A stretch of 64,000 bases of DNA from Podarcis vaucheri (taxonomy: Eukaryota), in the NCBI GenBank assembly GCA_965113315.1, contig OZ220371.1, one strand, 5' to 3'. A model generated the notes under the pieces. The model saw nothing but the letters and a program-made list of their open reading frames with translations. It was not told the DNA's origin and did not search any database. Positions 27,311 through 40,200 of this stretch are shown piece after piece. The first letter of the stretch is position 1. Each line of letters begins with the position of its first letter. The translations under genes and the position numbers were made by a program.

Positions 27311-28912
27311 TTATATCCACTTGAACAGCTAGAAAACTGATCCACCATTGTCAGTTATGGGTGGCTTTCAATGCTACTTTTTAAAGGCACATCTGACATC
27401 TGTGCACATTGGTATTCTGTGATTCATTCAGACACATTGCTGGAATGTTAACAAGCATACCAATTTCCCAACGAAGGTGCAAGCTCAGCAAACCACTTGA
27501 AAAGGAGAAAGTATATCAACTAGACAACTGGTGTCTGATTTAGGGCATATTTACACAATAAAAGAGCCAAATTGATTACCAAAATTTACTTTAAAAATCA
27601 AATCTCCTAATTTCCATTCTAATTGACAAGCATAATATGAAATTTAAGTTAATCACAATAACTAATATGCTCTGCTGGCTTCAGTGAAAGTGAGACAGTG
27701 ACTGACAGTGTGATCTTGTGCACAGCTACAAAGAAGTAAGCTTCAATTGAGATCAGCAGTACTTACTCCTTGGTAAGTGTACCTAGAATTGCAGACTAAC
27801 TAGCTGGATTGGTAACTCTGGCAGAAATGTGGTATACACTTCATTATTTGCCATCCCTCCTAAAAAGATGTGCATGATAATGCACACTTTTCTCTGTACT
27901 AAATTACAGAACACAGCAGCAGCAGCAGGAACAACAACAGTACTAAGCCCTGTTGAACCCAGCAAGATGTATGGACAAGTACAGTGATATATGATCCAAT
28001 TCAATTGCATTCGAAACACTTGTGCTGTTTTGCATGGATCTTAAGATGAATATGCAATCAGTAAAAATTAAAAAAGTAACTCTAAACAGTCTGATGCTGC
28101 AGAGCATTAAGCATTCCACCTTATCTAGTTTGTGTTTTTGTGGTCACTTAACACATGCCTCTTTGTTTATATGACATTCTGAACAAACTAGCTGCTATTC
28201 TATACATGCCTAATTGGGAGTAGGTCCTATTGAGGTCAGTAGGACTTCTGAATGAGCATGCCTAGGACGGCATTGTGCATGTCTTAAATCACATCAGCTT
28301 ATAACATTTTATGCAATAATAGTTCTACAAGCTAAAAACATGTTTTTATATAGAAACAGCTATCCAAAAATGGTAGGAATTTCATAGCCAATCTTAAAGA
28401 GATCAAGAGAATCTGGAGGCTTAAATATATAGCTGGCAATGGGCCAGGCCCATTAAGTACAGTTGGGAGGATTTTAATTCATGCTCTTATATAACCAATA
28501 GCCATCCTATTTGATTAGTCTGTGATTCTTTTAAAAAGACACACACAGAGGGATCTGCCTCTGTTAAATGGGATGGAAATGTCTTCAGAATTGTTATAGT
28601 GAGAGTTAGTCATTTTTTAAAAAAAACACTTTACATGACTTAGCTAGATCACAACCATAGTAAAAGGAAGCAAGAACTCACTGAGCTTTTCCCCTCCCTT
28701 ACTCTTTTTAAAAGCCACAGTCTTACAACTTAGAGTGAAATCTTTCCCTATCGCTTTTTCTCCATCAGTTCCATTTCTCTCTCTCACCCCACCCCACCCT
28801 GTTCCCCTCTCCACTGAATCTGTTCCTGGCAACACCACATCCCCGTATGTTGGTCTTGGCTGGCAAAGTATACCCACAGCTGCTATATCCTTGCACCTCC
28901 CAAAGAGTTCAC

Positions 28913-28936
28913 CTGCAAGGGCTCTGCTGCCTTCAT
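28913..28936 (-). CDS. SORBS2: SORBS2 alternative internal first exon, coding part MKAAEPLQ (5' UTR probably extends to ~29150-29250)
   Basis: ccaggATGAAGGCAGCAGAGCCCTTGCAG|gtgaac; phase 0 joins [10 protein letters not shown]. Resembles the mammalian short-isoform start [18 protein letters not shown] as I recall it; sits in a GC/CpG-richer patch. Confidence 0.8.
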
Positions 28937-29300
28937 CCTGGCCCCTAGTCGTTTCATTCAGCCAGTGCAGCAGCAGCAGCCGCAAGAACACCTCCAGACC
29001 GGCAAACAGTTCCTTCCCTACAAGAGCTGCAGCTGCTACTGCTGCCGCTTGCACCGGCCAGAAGGGGATGCCGGGGCAGCAGCGTGGAAAGAATGCTTCA
29101 GCATAGCTAAAAACAAAACACTTCAGTGTAGCATCCTGAAAGCACTCAAGCACTAACTAGTGGCAAGCTGTCAAAGCTGACCCGAAAGCTTTTTCCACCC
29201 GCTCAGCAAAGGAGAGCTAGTTCTGCACTGGGCTTCCTGGTGATAATGGTTAAATAAATGATTGCCGTGTGTGTGTGTGTGTGTGTACATTAATTCATTC
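28937..29300 (-). promoter_or_regulatory. Putative internal promoter / 5' UTR of the MKAAEPLQ isoform
   Basis: GC- and CpG-enriched relative to flanks, CTG/CAG runs, (GT)n at ~29267-29286; directly upstream of the alternative ATG. TSS not determined. Confidence 0.5.
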
Positions 29301-29719
29301 ATCTTATAACTGTTAACTCATGAATACAAGGAAGGATTAGGCATGCAAGGACATCTTGATAAAAGTTACAAAATGCACCAAACTTTAGGAAACTTTTCAA
29401 AGGCAAAATAAACAAAAGAAGGAAAGGTGGAGCAAAGGAAAGGAAAGGAAAACAAAACACAGAGAAAGCGGCAGATCTTCTGACAACTTTACAATGAAAA
29501 GTAAAAAAAAAGTCAAGGCTATCCAATTATACACCACCAGCCTCCCCCTTTCCCCACTACTCACAGAATTATAATCATGAGTCCCCTGATTATGCACATT
29601 CTATTACACATTATATAAGCCTAGAAGAATGTGAAAAAGCCATTACCAACAATCAATTCATTGTACGACGTGTTCATGCACTCACACACACAGAGCCACA
29701 CTCACTCAACATTTCCTAC

Positions 29720-29895
29720 CGTTCTAATTGCAGTTGGGATTCCTGATTCATCGACTGGGCCAATCCCTGCATAATGTGGTGCTTTAATGACTGTGACTTT
29801 CTTCTCTTCTTCCGAAGTTCTGCAGATTGGTATTGTGCTGGTGGTACTGCTGCCGCCAACAGAATGAGCATGCTGTGAGTATGTCTCTGCGGATT
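29720..29895 (-). CDS. SORBS2: SORBS2 exon, start of SoHo domain: [12 protein letters not shown]...[31 protein letters not shown] (176 nt, phase 1-0)
   Basis: ctttgtag|AA...ACG|gtagga; sorbin-homology signature [11 protein letters not shown]. Confidence 0.97.
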
Positions 29896-30927
29896 CTACA
29901 AAGATAATGTTAACACAGCGTTGTATAACCATTTAATTAACATGCTTCACCTGCGTTATCAGACTAGGCACTTTCAATGTGGCAAACTGACACAGGATTA
30001 GGAAGATGTTTCATGATACTAGATATTGGATGAATTGGAGTTGGGCCTCTGTGCTCAGAGGGACTCAAACTCCATAGCACACCACATGCTCTGTTTCTTT
30101 CTAGAAGATTCCTGCTGTGTAGTGTCTAGTTTTTTTTTTTAGAATCTTTAGAAACAAATTACTTTTTGACCCACCTCATTCCACCCTTTCCATTTCCCTG
30201 CTATTTTATAAGGGGCAAACATTTATTTCTGCTATATTATGAGTTCAATTATTGGGAACTTATTGTTCAGATGATAACAAGAGGCAGCACCTATATTTTT
30301 GCAGTGTCCCTCACATGCCCCCATAAAATGCCCTGGGATGACAATGATTCTGGGTAATTTAGGGGTTAAGAAAATGGCGGCTGGGTCACTGACAGCCACT
30401 GGCACCAACTCCAGGGTGCCTGGGCACCTGCGAACTTTTCACTGTGGGTGCCTGGCCTGCAGCACTGACTGGGCCAGGGTCTCGCCCTCCATTGCAGGGC
30501 TTCTGTCGGGGTCCGCTGCGTGTGTGGACATGCACATGCTCTGCCGCCGTTGAGGAAGCACAGAAGCAGCACCGGAAGGCAGCTGTGGCACACAGAGCTA
30601 CGTAACAGCTTCACGTTGTGGCACACAGTGCTAAGCACCCACAGTCTGGGGCCCAAGTTGGCACCTCTGCTGCCAGCAAAGCTATGATGCTTCTACTGTT
30701 GCTGCCAGCAATATAAAAGCAATACATACACACACATCCCTGCCACCATAGCTTAAGAAAATGTTTTTATGTTGCACACATTATCCCCTGCAGAAATCAG
30801 ATAAATATTCTCCAGATTCATGGTTTACAAAGGGAGCAGTGTCATTCAGAGGGACATTTCATTATTCAGTGTACACCATTTAATTTTTTTAAATAAATGT
30901 ATGTTATTTGTTTATGTGGGAACTCAC

Positions 30928-31069
30928 CCATTGTTCTGCTCTGTTGCAGGAGAACCAGGCTTGAATTGAGTGAGACTGGTGGGGAATATCCTGAAGGGGA
31001 AAAAGGCCTTTGAAAGTGGCTCATGGGACTGGTTGCTGAACTAGAGTTCCCATTCACTGTTATCTGAGC
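30928..31069 (-). CDS. SORBS2: SORBS2 exon [47 protein letters not shown] (142 nt, phase 0-1)
   Basis: ctacctctcag|GCT...ATGG|gtgagt; homologous to human [22 protein letters not shown]. Confidence 0.95.
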
Positions 31070-33794
31070 CTGAGAGGTAGAAAAGAAACAAAGCAAAAAT
31101 CACATCCCAGTAAATTAATCGTAGAACTGTCCAAATCCTACCATCCATGTACAAAAGGTGAAGAACGAATTGCTATCCCTATAGCAAAGATGCAGCTGTC
31201 AGATTCTTAGCTATAACAGTCCGTGTTCAGGATTATGTTCCCTATGCAACCCTGTTCTATTCCCCCTACAAAAACAGCATGCTGGAATTATGGGAAGGCA
31301 TCAAGAAAGTCTTAGGTCAAAGCGGTACAAAATGAAAGAGACAGTAAAACTTGCACTTCCAATTTTCTCTTGAAGGCAATTTTCTCTTCCATTTCCAAGT
31401 GCTTAAATCTTATTGCCATTCACTTGAAGACAAAGAAAAAAGATGCCAGCAAGAAGAGCTGAAATCTCCTTCAAATATTGTGGCCAGAATCTGGATGCAA
31501 ACTAGATGTGATGGTCAAGTTTAACCCACAGCATGTTCTCAAAATATAATACATGGCCAAAGTTATCCATTGTTATGTGATTAACATCCTAGGCAATGAA
31601 TTCTGTCACACATCTTGCCTTTTTTTGGGGGGGGGGGATAAGTCACTGCCAATATTGAGGCATGCTTTGATTTATTAAGATCACACAGCTGCTGTTTTTC
31701 AAACCACTTAACATGCTGCTTTATAAAATCAGAATAATGAGTAGCACTGAAAAGCTTTTTTTCAGTGCATGTCTACTCAGAAATCAACCCCATTGACTTC
31801 AGTGGGGTTTGGCTCATTTGTAAGTGTGTGTGGGATTGCGGCCTTAGAAACCAATGGCTATAGATGAAGAAACCTTACTTTGTGTGATACACCAACTTGC
31901 TTTTCCTTAGCACTTCTGGTTAACTTGTAACCTTACGTGTAGCAAGGAGGTCACATGCCATGCCTGAAGTCATGCAAACTTTCTAACCTTGTACCCATTT
32001 ACCTGGATTAAAATCCCACTGAGTTCAAGCATTCTGGTTAAGTATACCAAAGATTCCATTTACATTTGTCATGTTAACCCTTACGGCATGATACATGATT
32101 CAGAAAAGTCTTTTAGAATCTACTGTTTTATTATCTTGTAATACAGTGACCTATAAAATATTAGGGATATTCCAGCTTGTTTTAAGAGTGTGACCTGTAT
32201 CTATAGGATGCTTCATTTGAAATTAACTAAGCAAGTTGCTGATTTTAACTGATGTATGTATATATCACATGTATTAGACTTTTGAATTATACATAAGGAC
32301 ATGTGTATTTAAACAGTTGGAGGGAAGTGACTTAAGAATAAAGAAAATGCATTCCTGGAAAAGAAAAGAAACAATACATTTTGTAGCAAGTGAATGTCAG
32401 AATATCCATAGTTTTATTCCTGGAAGACAAGAATGCTTAAGAGGGGAAATGTTAGTCGGAGAGAAAGCGAAAATCAGAAGCAAACTCATGCAGTCAGTGA
32501 TCACTGCTAATGGAAGATAATGTTGGGTTAAGTGCTGTACTAATCAAACACCTTAAAATCCATTTTTGAGGCATACATCATAGTGGTCGCTCAGTAGTTT
32601 CTGACAGGTTTGTAGTTGCACTAACATTCTGTTTGAGCATTCTATCTGCATGTGCATTTATCTAACATCTTAAGATAGTTCTGCCTATATTCCAAATGTC
32701 ACTTCCTTTTTAGCACAATGAGACTGAAGAATAACCATTACAAGATTTGTTCAGGGCTTAATTTGAGCAAGAGTTTTCCAGAGCAAATCCCTAAAGAGTC
32801 TGTTGCACTGCCAATGCTTGGCACTGGAACATAAGGAGCAGAGATAAATGAGACAGCATCTCCAAGAATGTGCAAAGTACTTTTCCCTCGCTACTATGAG
32901 CTGCTTTGACTGTGGCACTGTTCCAACATGAACTGTGTGTGTCTTGTGTTTCCTGTTTCATTGCACCACCATTACAACCAAAAGACAACTTCTACAATTC
33001 TCACACTTCGGTGGGATCCATGCTCCCCGATAGACTGCCTGTGCATTTCTTAGGTAGGAAAGATCCAAATGGGGTGAGAGGATGTTGTGGAGAAACAAGG
33101 AACACAGGTGACTTGTGCTTCTTGTTCACCACACCTCCACACACAACCCTACCTGTCTCCACAACCTGCCTCTAAATTGATGGATCAGAACTTCTAGACA
33201 GAAGGTTAAAATTAAAACAGGTATTGTAAAATATACTATTACACCTCAGCCTTAACTATGAATACTTTAATTATCAGTAATGTTACAATTTTAAAAAAAT
33301 TAAAATAATACTGTCATGTATTTTTTAAAATCCAGAATAAAACAATAATTATTAAACACAATATAATTAAAAAGCATTGCAGCAGATAAAATAATGTTCA
33401 GCCTTTTTAAGGCCTGGGAAAATGAGGATAATAAATATTTATCTAAGAGCTGATACTTCCCTGAGGAAGAGTATTCCAAACACTACTTGTTATGTAGCGA
33501 GCGATTCAGGAGCACTTCAGGCTTCTGACTAATTATCCAAGGAAGCTAGGAAGCTACCATCACATCTATCACAGGAAGCATCACTCCTCCAGAATACTGG
33601 GATTATTGATCAGCAAATTTAGATTGCATTTACATGTAGCGAGTTTGAAATGTTCCCATTAAGGAAAGTTATGGAACCTGAGTAGGCCATTTCCAGCATG
33701 CTCATCAAGAAGGGACAAGAACAAGGATTATCTCTTTTCCACTTTGACAGCCTGGTTGAACAAAATGGGAGGAGGAAAGAGGAAGGATAATTAC

Positions 33795-34283
33795 ATGAGC
33801 TCTGGCAGCAGTGGTGGTTAAGGTGGTGGCATCTGACACAGCAGACATCTGGCTCAAGGTTGGGGAAGGTGTTTCAGAACAGTCAGTAGTATCATAGTTA
33901 CAGCTCTGGAGATCATCTAGAATGGCAGTGGAGGACTCGCTCACCGGGCGAGAGGAGTACTCACTCATGGCTGAGTCGGTCATAACAGAGGCCGTTTCAG
34001 TCCTGTGGATAGTACTGTCAGGAGCTAGGAAAGGGTATGCGTATGAAAAACGTGAAAGGGCCAGGGTTCTATACAAGCGTGACGGCCAAAAATCATCCTG
34101 TGTTGGCAAAATAAATGATGCTACGGGGTGGGTGCCACTGTCGGGTGAGAGAGAGGGTCTGTTAATCGATACCAATGAAGGAGGTGGTGAAGGAGGCAGT
34201 GGCGAAGCTTCTGCTGAAGTTTGTCTGTGTGTCTGTGAAGCATTTACCTCCATCACATTGGCAGTTACTTTCTGGTTTCCAAG
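33795..34283 (-). CDS. SORBS2: SORBS2 alternative cassette exon (489 nt, 163 aa, phase 0-0), Ser/Thr/Pro-rich: LGNQKVTAN...TPSPTLSQMSAVSDATTLTTTAARAH
   Basis: Lies within ORF 33705-34301; acceptor ttgtttctcaaaactcag|CTT, donor CAT|gtaatt (weaker, so the 3' end is less certain); CpG-retaining and frame-compatible. Confidence 0.72.
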
Positions 34284-37200
34284 CTGAGTTTTGAGAAACA
34301 AAAGAACAAATAAACATATTACTAAATTTATTTATTTTTTACTCTTTTCCTTACCCTTTTGTTGTGTACAAGAGTTCTCAGAAATCAAAAAAACCCACAC
34401 ACCATGTGTTTTCTAGCAGTCTTAGGAAGTACACAGTCAAATAGATTAGGAAATAAACAAACTCTGTATTACAAAAGAAAACACAGTAAGTGAATTTGTC
34501 AAGTATTAATGGGAAGCAATGCCAGAAACTACAGTGTGTTGGAATAAGCCTGATGTTCATTTCCAAGATTTTAATTGTTTGACGTTTAATTCAAATAGTG
34601 TTCCGCCTGTTTATCTGCCACAAACCTTAAAAGGTTTTTCTTCCCATATGCAAAATTGGAATTGCCCTTTGGGCCAATAGTAAGCTTAATTCTCAGCCAT
34701 ATCACTATTTCCATAGTAGTGACCAAAGTGTCTCATTTTAGGACTAGGCAGCTGACCTTCTCAGCCAATGGTAAAATGTATCACAATAATAGCCGCTTTC
34801 ACACACTATGCATAAGGAGGGGGCTCTACACAATGAAGCGAAAGCAGGATGAAATCCTGGCTATGCCCCATTTCATAAGTATCCCTGCCCACCTGCTCAA
34901 ATATCCATGCACCACGTGCAACAAACCCATTTTATGCCAGAGTGACTTTTTCCAATAAGGGAAGTGATAGAGAAATGCACTTGAAAGTGTGGGGTAACAT
35001 TTGCTTAAGGCAACAATATCTAGCCTCCCTAAAGACAAAAACAAATCAGAAAGCATAGATAGCTAGCATTGTCCGTTTTCCCTATAAACAAATTGGGATC
35101 AACACTCAGTAGCACTCAATAAACCAGGCATCTGAAATGACCTAAAACCTGGACCTCAGTACACTTTAACAGGAAGTTCTCTTGTACAAAGTAAGTTTTT
35201 GTAAAACTTTTTTTACAATTAAAAGAAATCACAACTTCAAATTTGCAAATGTTTGTGCTGCAGGTTGAACTTTTTTTAAAAAAAATAAAATGTAAAGTCT
35301 AGAATTCACAAGACAGCAGACTGATGACCCTGAGCTGATTGACTAAAAATGAGGAAACTATTCTTTTTAAGAATGAAAGCAAAATAATGGTACCTAAATA
35401 GCAAAAGAGCGAGTGGGATTGGGAAGTGAAGTTACCATGGAAAATGCTCACTAGGTAAAAACCCAAGACTGATGTAGTCACCATTGCTACTCAAAAGGTA
35501 CACAGAAAGTTAATATACAACCTTGAAGGCAGCTGGGTAGACAACTCAGAGGAAACTTGATGTTCCTAAGCAGTTAATATAGCAAAATATTTTAAATATA
35601 AACAAAAAATAAATATGTAACTTCCAGGTCTAATTTATAAAATCTGTAACAGTGTCAACAGGAACATAATGGGAGGGGTGTTTCCAGCTTCCCCACTATA
35701 AAAAGCTGCTGTAGGGAAGGGACTGAAGAACATCATGGGAATGGTATTTCTTGGATTAAGGTGAAACTGTTAATTATTTTTTCTTTTGGATGCTGCATGT
35801 TGTTCAAGTAATCTTGTTATATTTATAGCTCTGAATTTTTTTGGGGTATGTTATAATAGTTCCTATTGTTTTGCTGTGCTGTTACGAAACACTTTGTAGC
35901 GTTTGAAATGTATCCCTGCTTACTTTGTTGCAAGCCACTTTGAGCATGGCTTTTGTGTGTGTGTGTGAAAAAGCAGCATACAAATAAAATGAGTGAGTGA
36001 ATGAACAGTGAGCATGATCATTGTTTCCTCTATGAAGTGAAATTTATTTTTCAAGCTGAGAAATTGTCCACTGAATATGCAGATTTTAGAAAACAACAGC
36101 ACATTCAATTGTGAGTATGAGGCCCGGGAACTGAGAGCAATGTATATGGAAGTCATGGAATTCCGGATAGCACACTCTCAAATTAGAAATATCTTACAAT
36201 GGAAACAGGTAAATGTGAAGTTGACAAATATTGAGGGTTTGCAGGGGACAGTAGGGGGGATGAGAGGGGGGAACAGTTCTGTTCTGAAAGCAGAACAGTA
36301 GTATTGGATACAACACATAAGCTTAGGTTTCTTCATACTTCCTTTTCTTTTAATGTACTATAGGCAGGGTGGCAAGCATATCAGTGATAAAATAATGTGA
36401 TTAAAACCATATCATTGCACTCTCATGGCCAAGGACCCATGACTGGAGGCTGCAGTTGGTGGAAGACAACTGGTCCAAGACACTGGCTCCATGCAAGGCA
36501 AGACTGGTTTTGCCCCAATCTTCCTTTCTAGATATTCATTGCTCAGACTTTGACCTGACCTTGACCTGCTGCTGATCCTTCCCAGAAAGGTCTTGCACGC
36601 CTTATTATAGGCCGTTTCCTACCATCACTTGCTTAAACTTCTTCTGCATGGACCTGAATTCCACAGGAAGTATATATATATATTGTGTTCATTCTCCAAT
36701 AAAAAATATTAGTCTGATAAGAAGTGTTCCCTCACATGCTACATTTTTTAGAAAAGTAGTTGTAAAGCACCACAAGAACTTATCTGTTGTAAAAATTCCT
36801 TCTCAATTCCTTTTAACATGGTGAAAACCGATACCCTACAGCTCTTTAACATTGTTTTCTAGGATATAGGGAACGAGGGGCATATTCATAAGGAATTATC
36901 ACATGTAAGTATGGAATATAAAAGTCACTTTGCTGTGATTTTTCCATGTCAAAAAAACATGTTCATGAGACCGCTATTTGTGAAATGGAAATTCCCCCCA
37001 AAAAACTTCAATCCAAACACGTTGTGACTACCCTTAGTTTTTTGGACAGTGGCCTTGGATAAGCACAGTGCGCTTATTACAAATCTCTGCACCGAGATAT
37101 ATTTCCCAGATAGCTTGTATAGGCAATTAACATTAAGTATGTAGATACAGGTATATTATAAGCACTGTGGACAATTTCAGATTTTAATAAGAGGTTCATG

Positions 37201-40200
37201 AATGGGTGCATGAAAATGACACCAAATTGCTGGCCTTGCTTCAAAGGAACAAGACACGATTAAGATTCTAAGATGAAAAAGTGAACTGATTGTTGTTAAT
37301 TAACACATAAGAAAAGATAGCACACAAAACTCAGATTTTAACACACACACAAACACACACACTTGGGTAAAAATACCTCTTGCTTTAATTGTTAAGAGGG
37401 TCATGCTCAACATTTTAAAATTTGGTTGCTTAAAGTTAGGTGTAAAAGTTTTTTCCAATTTTCAGTCTTCAATTCACGGAACTAGTCTAGTTTTATGAAC
37501 ACCTGCATTCCTTTGGGTCCCTTGTTTATGTCTGTAAACTTCTGATAATACAAAAGAACAGCACCAACAGCTGCATGAAAATATGCTGTGTTTTGAAAAA
37601 TCAAGCCCCCCTTTTCTTTTTAAAAAATCTTCAATCTTCTGCGCTTTCCCAAGCACATCCTCTTTTGGACATGTAGGACAATCATTCATGATCTAGTAAT
37701 TGGTAACACAGAATTTCACAATAATCTTTAACTATTCTTTTGTTAGAATGTTTACATCTTAATGCTAATACGAACCTACTTGGCTCATCTTTCCAATACA
37801 TTGCACTACAATATTGGTGGCTATGGTGAACTCTTCCTACACAGTGTGAAGATTATGTGTATTTTCCACCCTCCCACAGATGAGAAAGGGATCTAGTTTC
37901 CAAAATACATAAATACAAATCCAGGCATCTTGCGTCAAAACAACAATACATGTTTTACAATCTAAAAGAAACAACACTTGTCTCAACTGCACACCTCTGC
38001 ATGCAAGTATACTGCAGCATCTGCACTAGTGGTTTCCCTTAAACATAAGCACACCTTAAATTCTTGTGGATAGATACAATGGCACTCTAACATATGCATA
38101 TTCACCAGGAATCTTCATGCTGTTCACACACTTAGTGCAGCAGTAAGCACACATTCTTAGTGCAGGAATGACTACACAGGGCCCTTTCCACATGCTCTCT
38201 CACCTTTGTCTGGGCATTCACCTAGAACCATGAACATACTTGTCATTAGGATTCAGTTTACATGTCCTATAACTTCTCTCAAAACTGGAAGTTTGAAATA
38301 CATTTTGCTTTTTACTGAGACGTATACAACAGGTCTTATATCTGCCCTTTCCCTATAAGGAAACTAATTCAATTCCGTATTTTTCTTCTACTGACACTTC
38401 AAACTTTCTGTAAAGTGTCTAACCTCGTTGCTGAAATAAATCCACATTTCCCTATCCAATTATTGCATACCTACTCATAACACCTGTGAACATTTCTGTG
38501 CCTGAGGCAGTACAGAAAATGGCAACCCGATCCCAGTCAGGGTGCACTATAGTCAAGACTAGTCAGATCAGAGAGACAGGAATTGCCACAGTACCTCACA
38601 TTTTCAGTAACAATACAATAATAAATGAAAATAACAAATTGCTTCCTTTTCATGACACTCCAAACCAGCTGCCTTAGGCAGATGTTTCACTCTTCCTAAC
38701 AGTAGGACTGGCCCTGACTGCCATTACAATAACTGTGACCCAAACCAATATGTAAAAATTTCAGATATCTGGTAGATGTTATGAACTGCATGCCAATGAG
38801 AGCTTTAAATGGGATACCTAAGGTTTAATTGTGGGAAAGTAAATGATTGGACGGATGAACCTGACAGACTCATTTTATTTTACTGATATGGAGTTCACTA
38901 GTAATTTCTCCTATGAGCTCCCCACCAAAATAAGTGAGAGATTTACTAAAAATTTCTTAGTGGATTTTGCCCTTAATGTACTAGTAAAATCATTTTTTAA
39001 ATCAGAAATTGCAGGGTGCCTTTATTTCATGAAAACATGATATATACATGATATACATTTCCTGAACGCTTTGGCCTAGTGTTGAAAATCCCAACCCAGC
39101 TTTCTACCAAAAAGGTGGATTCTTACTAAAAACGGAAGAAATAAATGTGAGTGGCTCATACTACTTCCATAAAGTGAGCCTGCAGTGAAATCCACAGGCC
39201 ATCCACCACATAATAAAAGCAGGAAAGCAAAAAAGCCCCCCTCCCCCAGTCACAAGTGCTTCTTTCCTGGTTTCCTGGAGAAACGTAAGCTGGGCCTTGG
39301 TTTATGTTTTACCAAGAGATTGCCAAAAGAAATGTTTTTACAAAAGCTGGTAACATTTGGAGGCTACTAAAAGTAGCTCCTTACTGGAATGCAAGTCTCC
39401 AGGCGATTCAAGTAATAACATCCCTGCTTGCTTTTTCAATTGTGTGGGCCCCCCAATGTGCCATTTTTTACTCATTCCAGTTTCTCAGAGCAGAGGCAGA
39501 ATGGCAAAGAATGCTCAGCTCTGTCTGCTGCCCAAACTAATCACCCTCTTGCTCGTTTAAAAGCCCCTCTGTAGATTGGCACATATGCTTTGCTTGCCTC
39601 CATCTTCCATCTTGGCTGGGGTCCAAACTGTCCTATGGGATTTGGAGTTTATTTTTGAAACTGAAGTCAGCTTCAAAAGTTGTTTCCCATGTTGAGCCGG
39701 GTCTTCCCCCCCCCCTTGGGCAAATGCCAGTTTTATGCTCCCCGCACCATGGCACACAAAACTTGTTGGGACCATTTTGGATCCTGGGCTTTCACATTTT
39801 GATTCTAGGGATTCAGGACACGAACATCATGACAACCAAACTATCCGCTTTTATTCTGATTAATAAAAGCAACACCTGTACTAATATTAATACAGTTGTA
39901 ACAATTGTTTAGCTTTCCCATAGCTCTGTTTGTATAATGATTTATGGTAACTCATTTCTAAAATATATAAATAAAACGGTTCTATAGCAACCTTGATCAG
40001 ATCAGATTCCAGGGTGCTGCACTGCATTTGCAGATCCTAATGCAATTATATTATGAATCCTCATATCAGCTGTGAGGCAGTTGCATTTCCTGGCTCAAAC
40101 ATTAAATAGCACCCTCTCCATATCATCACAATCGAGCACTGGCATCTGGCAAGTCATTAGACCAGAAAGAAACAACAACACCACACTGTTACTCCTCCTC

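Noticed and set aside
28644-29153. 169-aa and 123-aa ORFs as independent genes
   Set aside because: Explained by the GC-rich alternative first exon; the real coding part is 8 codons in another frame.
30299-30720. GC-rich stretch between two SORBS2 exons as an extra exon
   Set aside because: The acceptors I tested give stops in the required phase-1 frame, and no good donor was found; origin unknown.
33922-34287. Plus-strand 121-aa ORF (also 41697-42056)
   Set aside because: Antisense shadows of real minus-strand coding exons.
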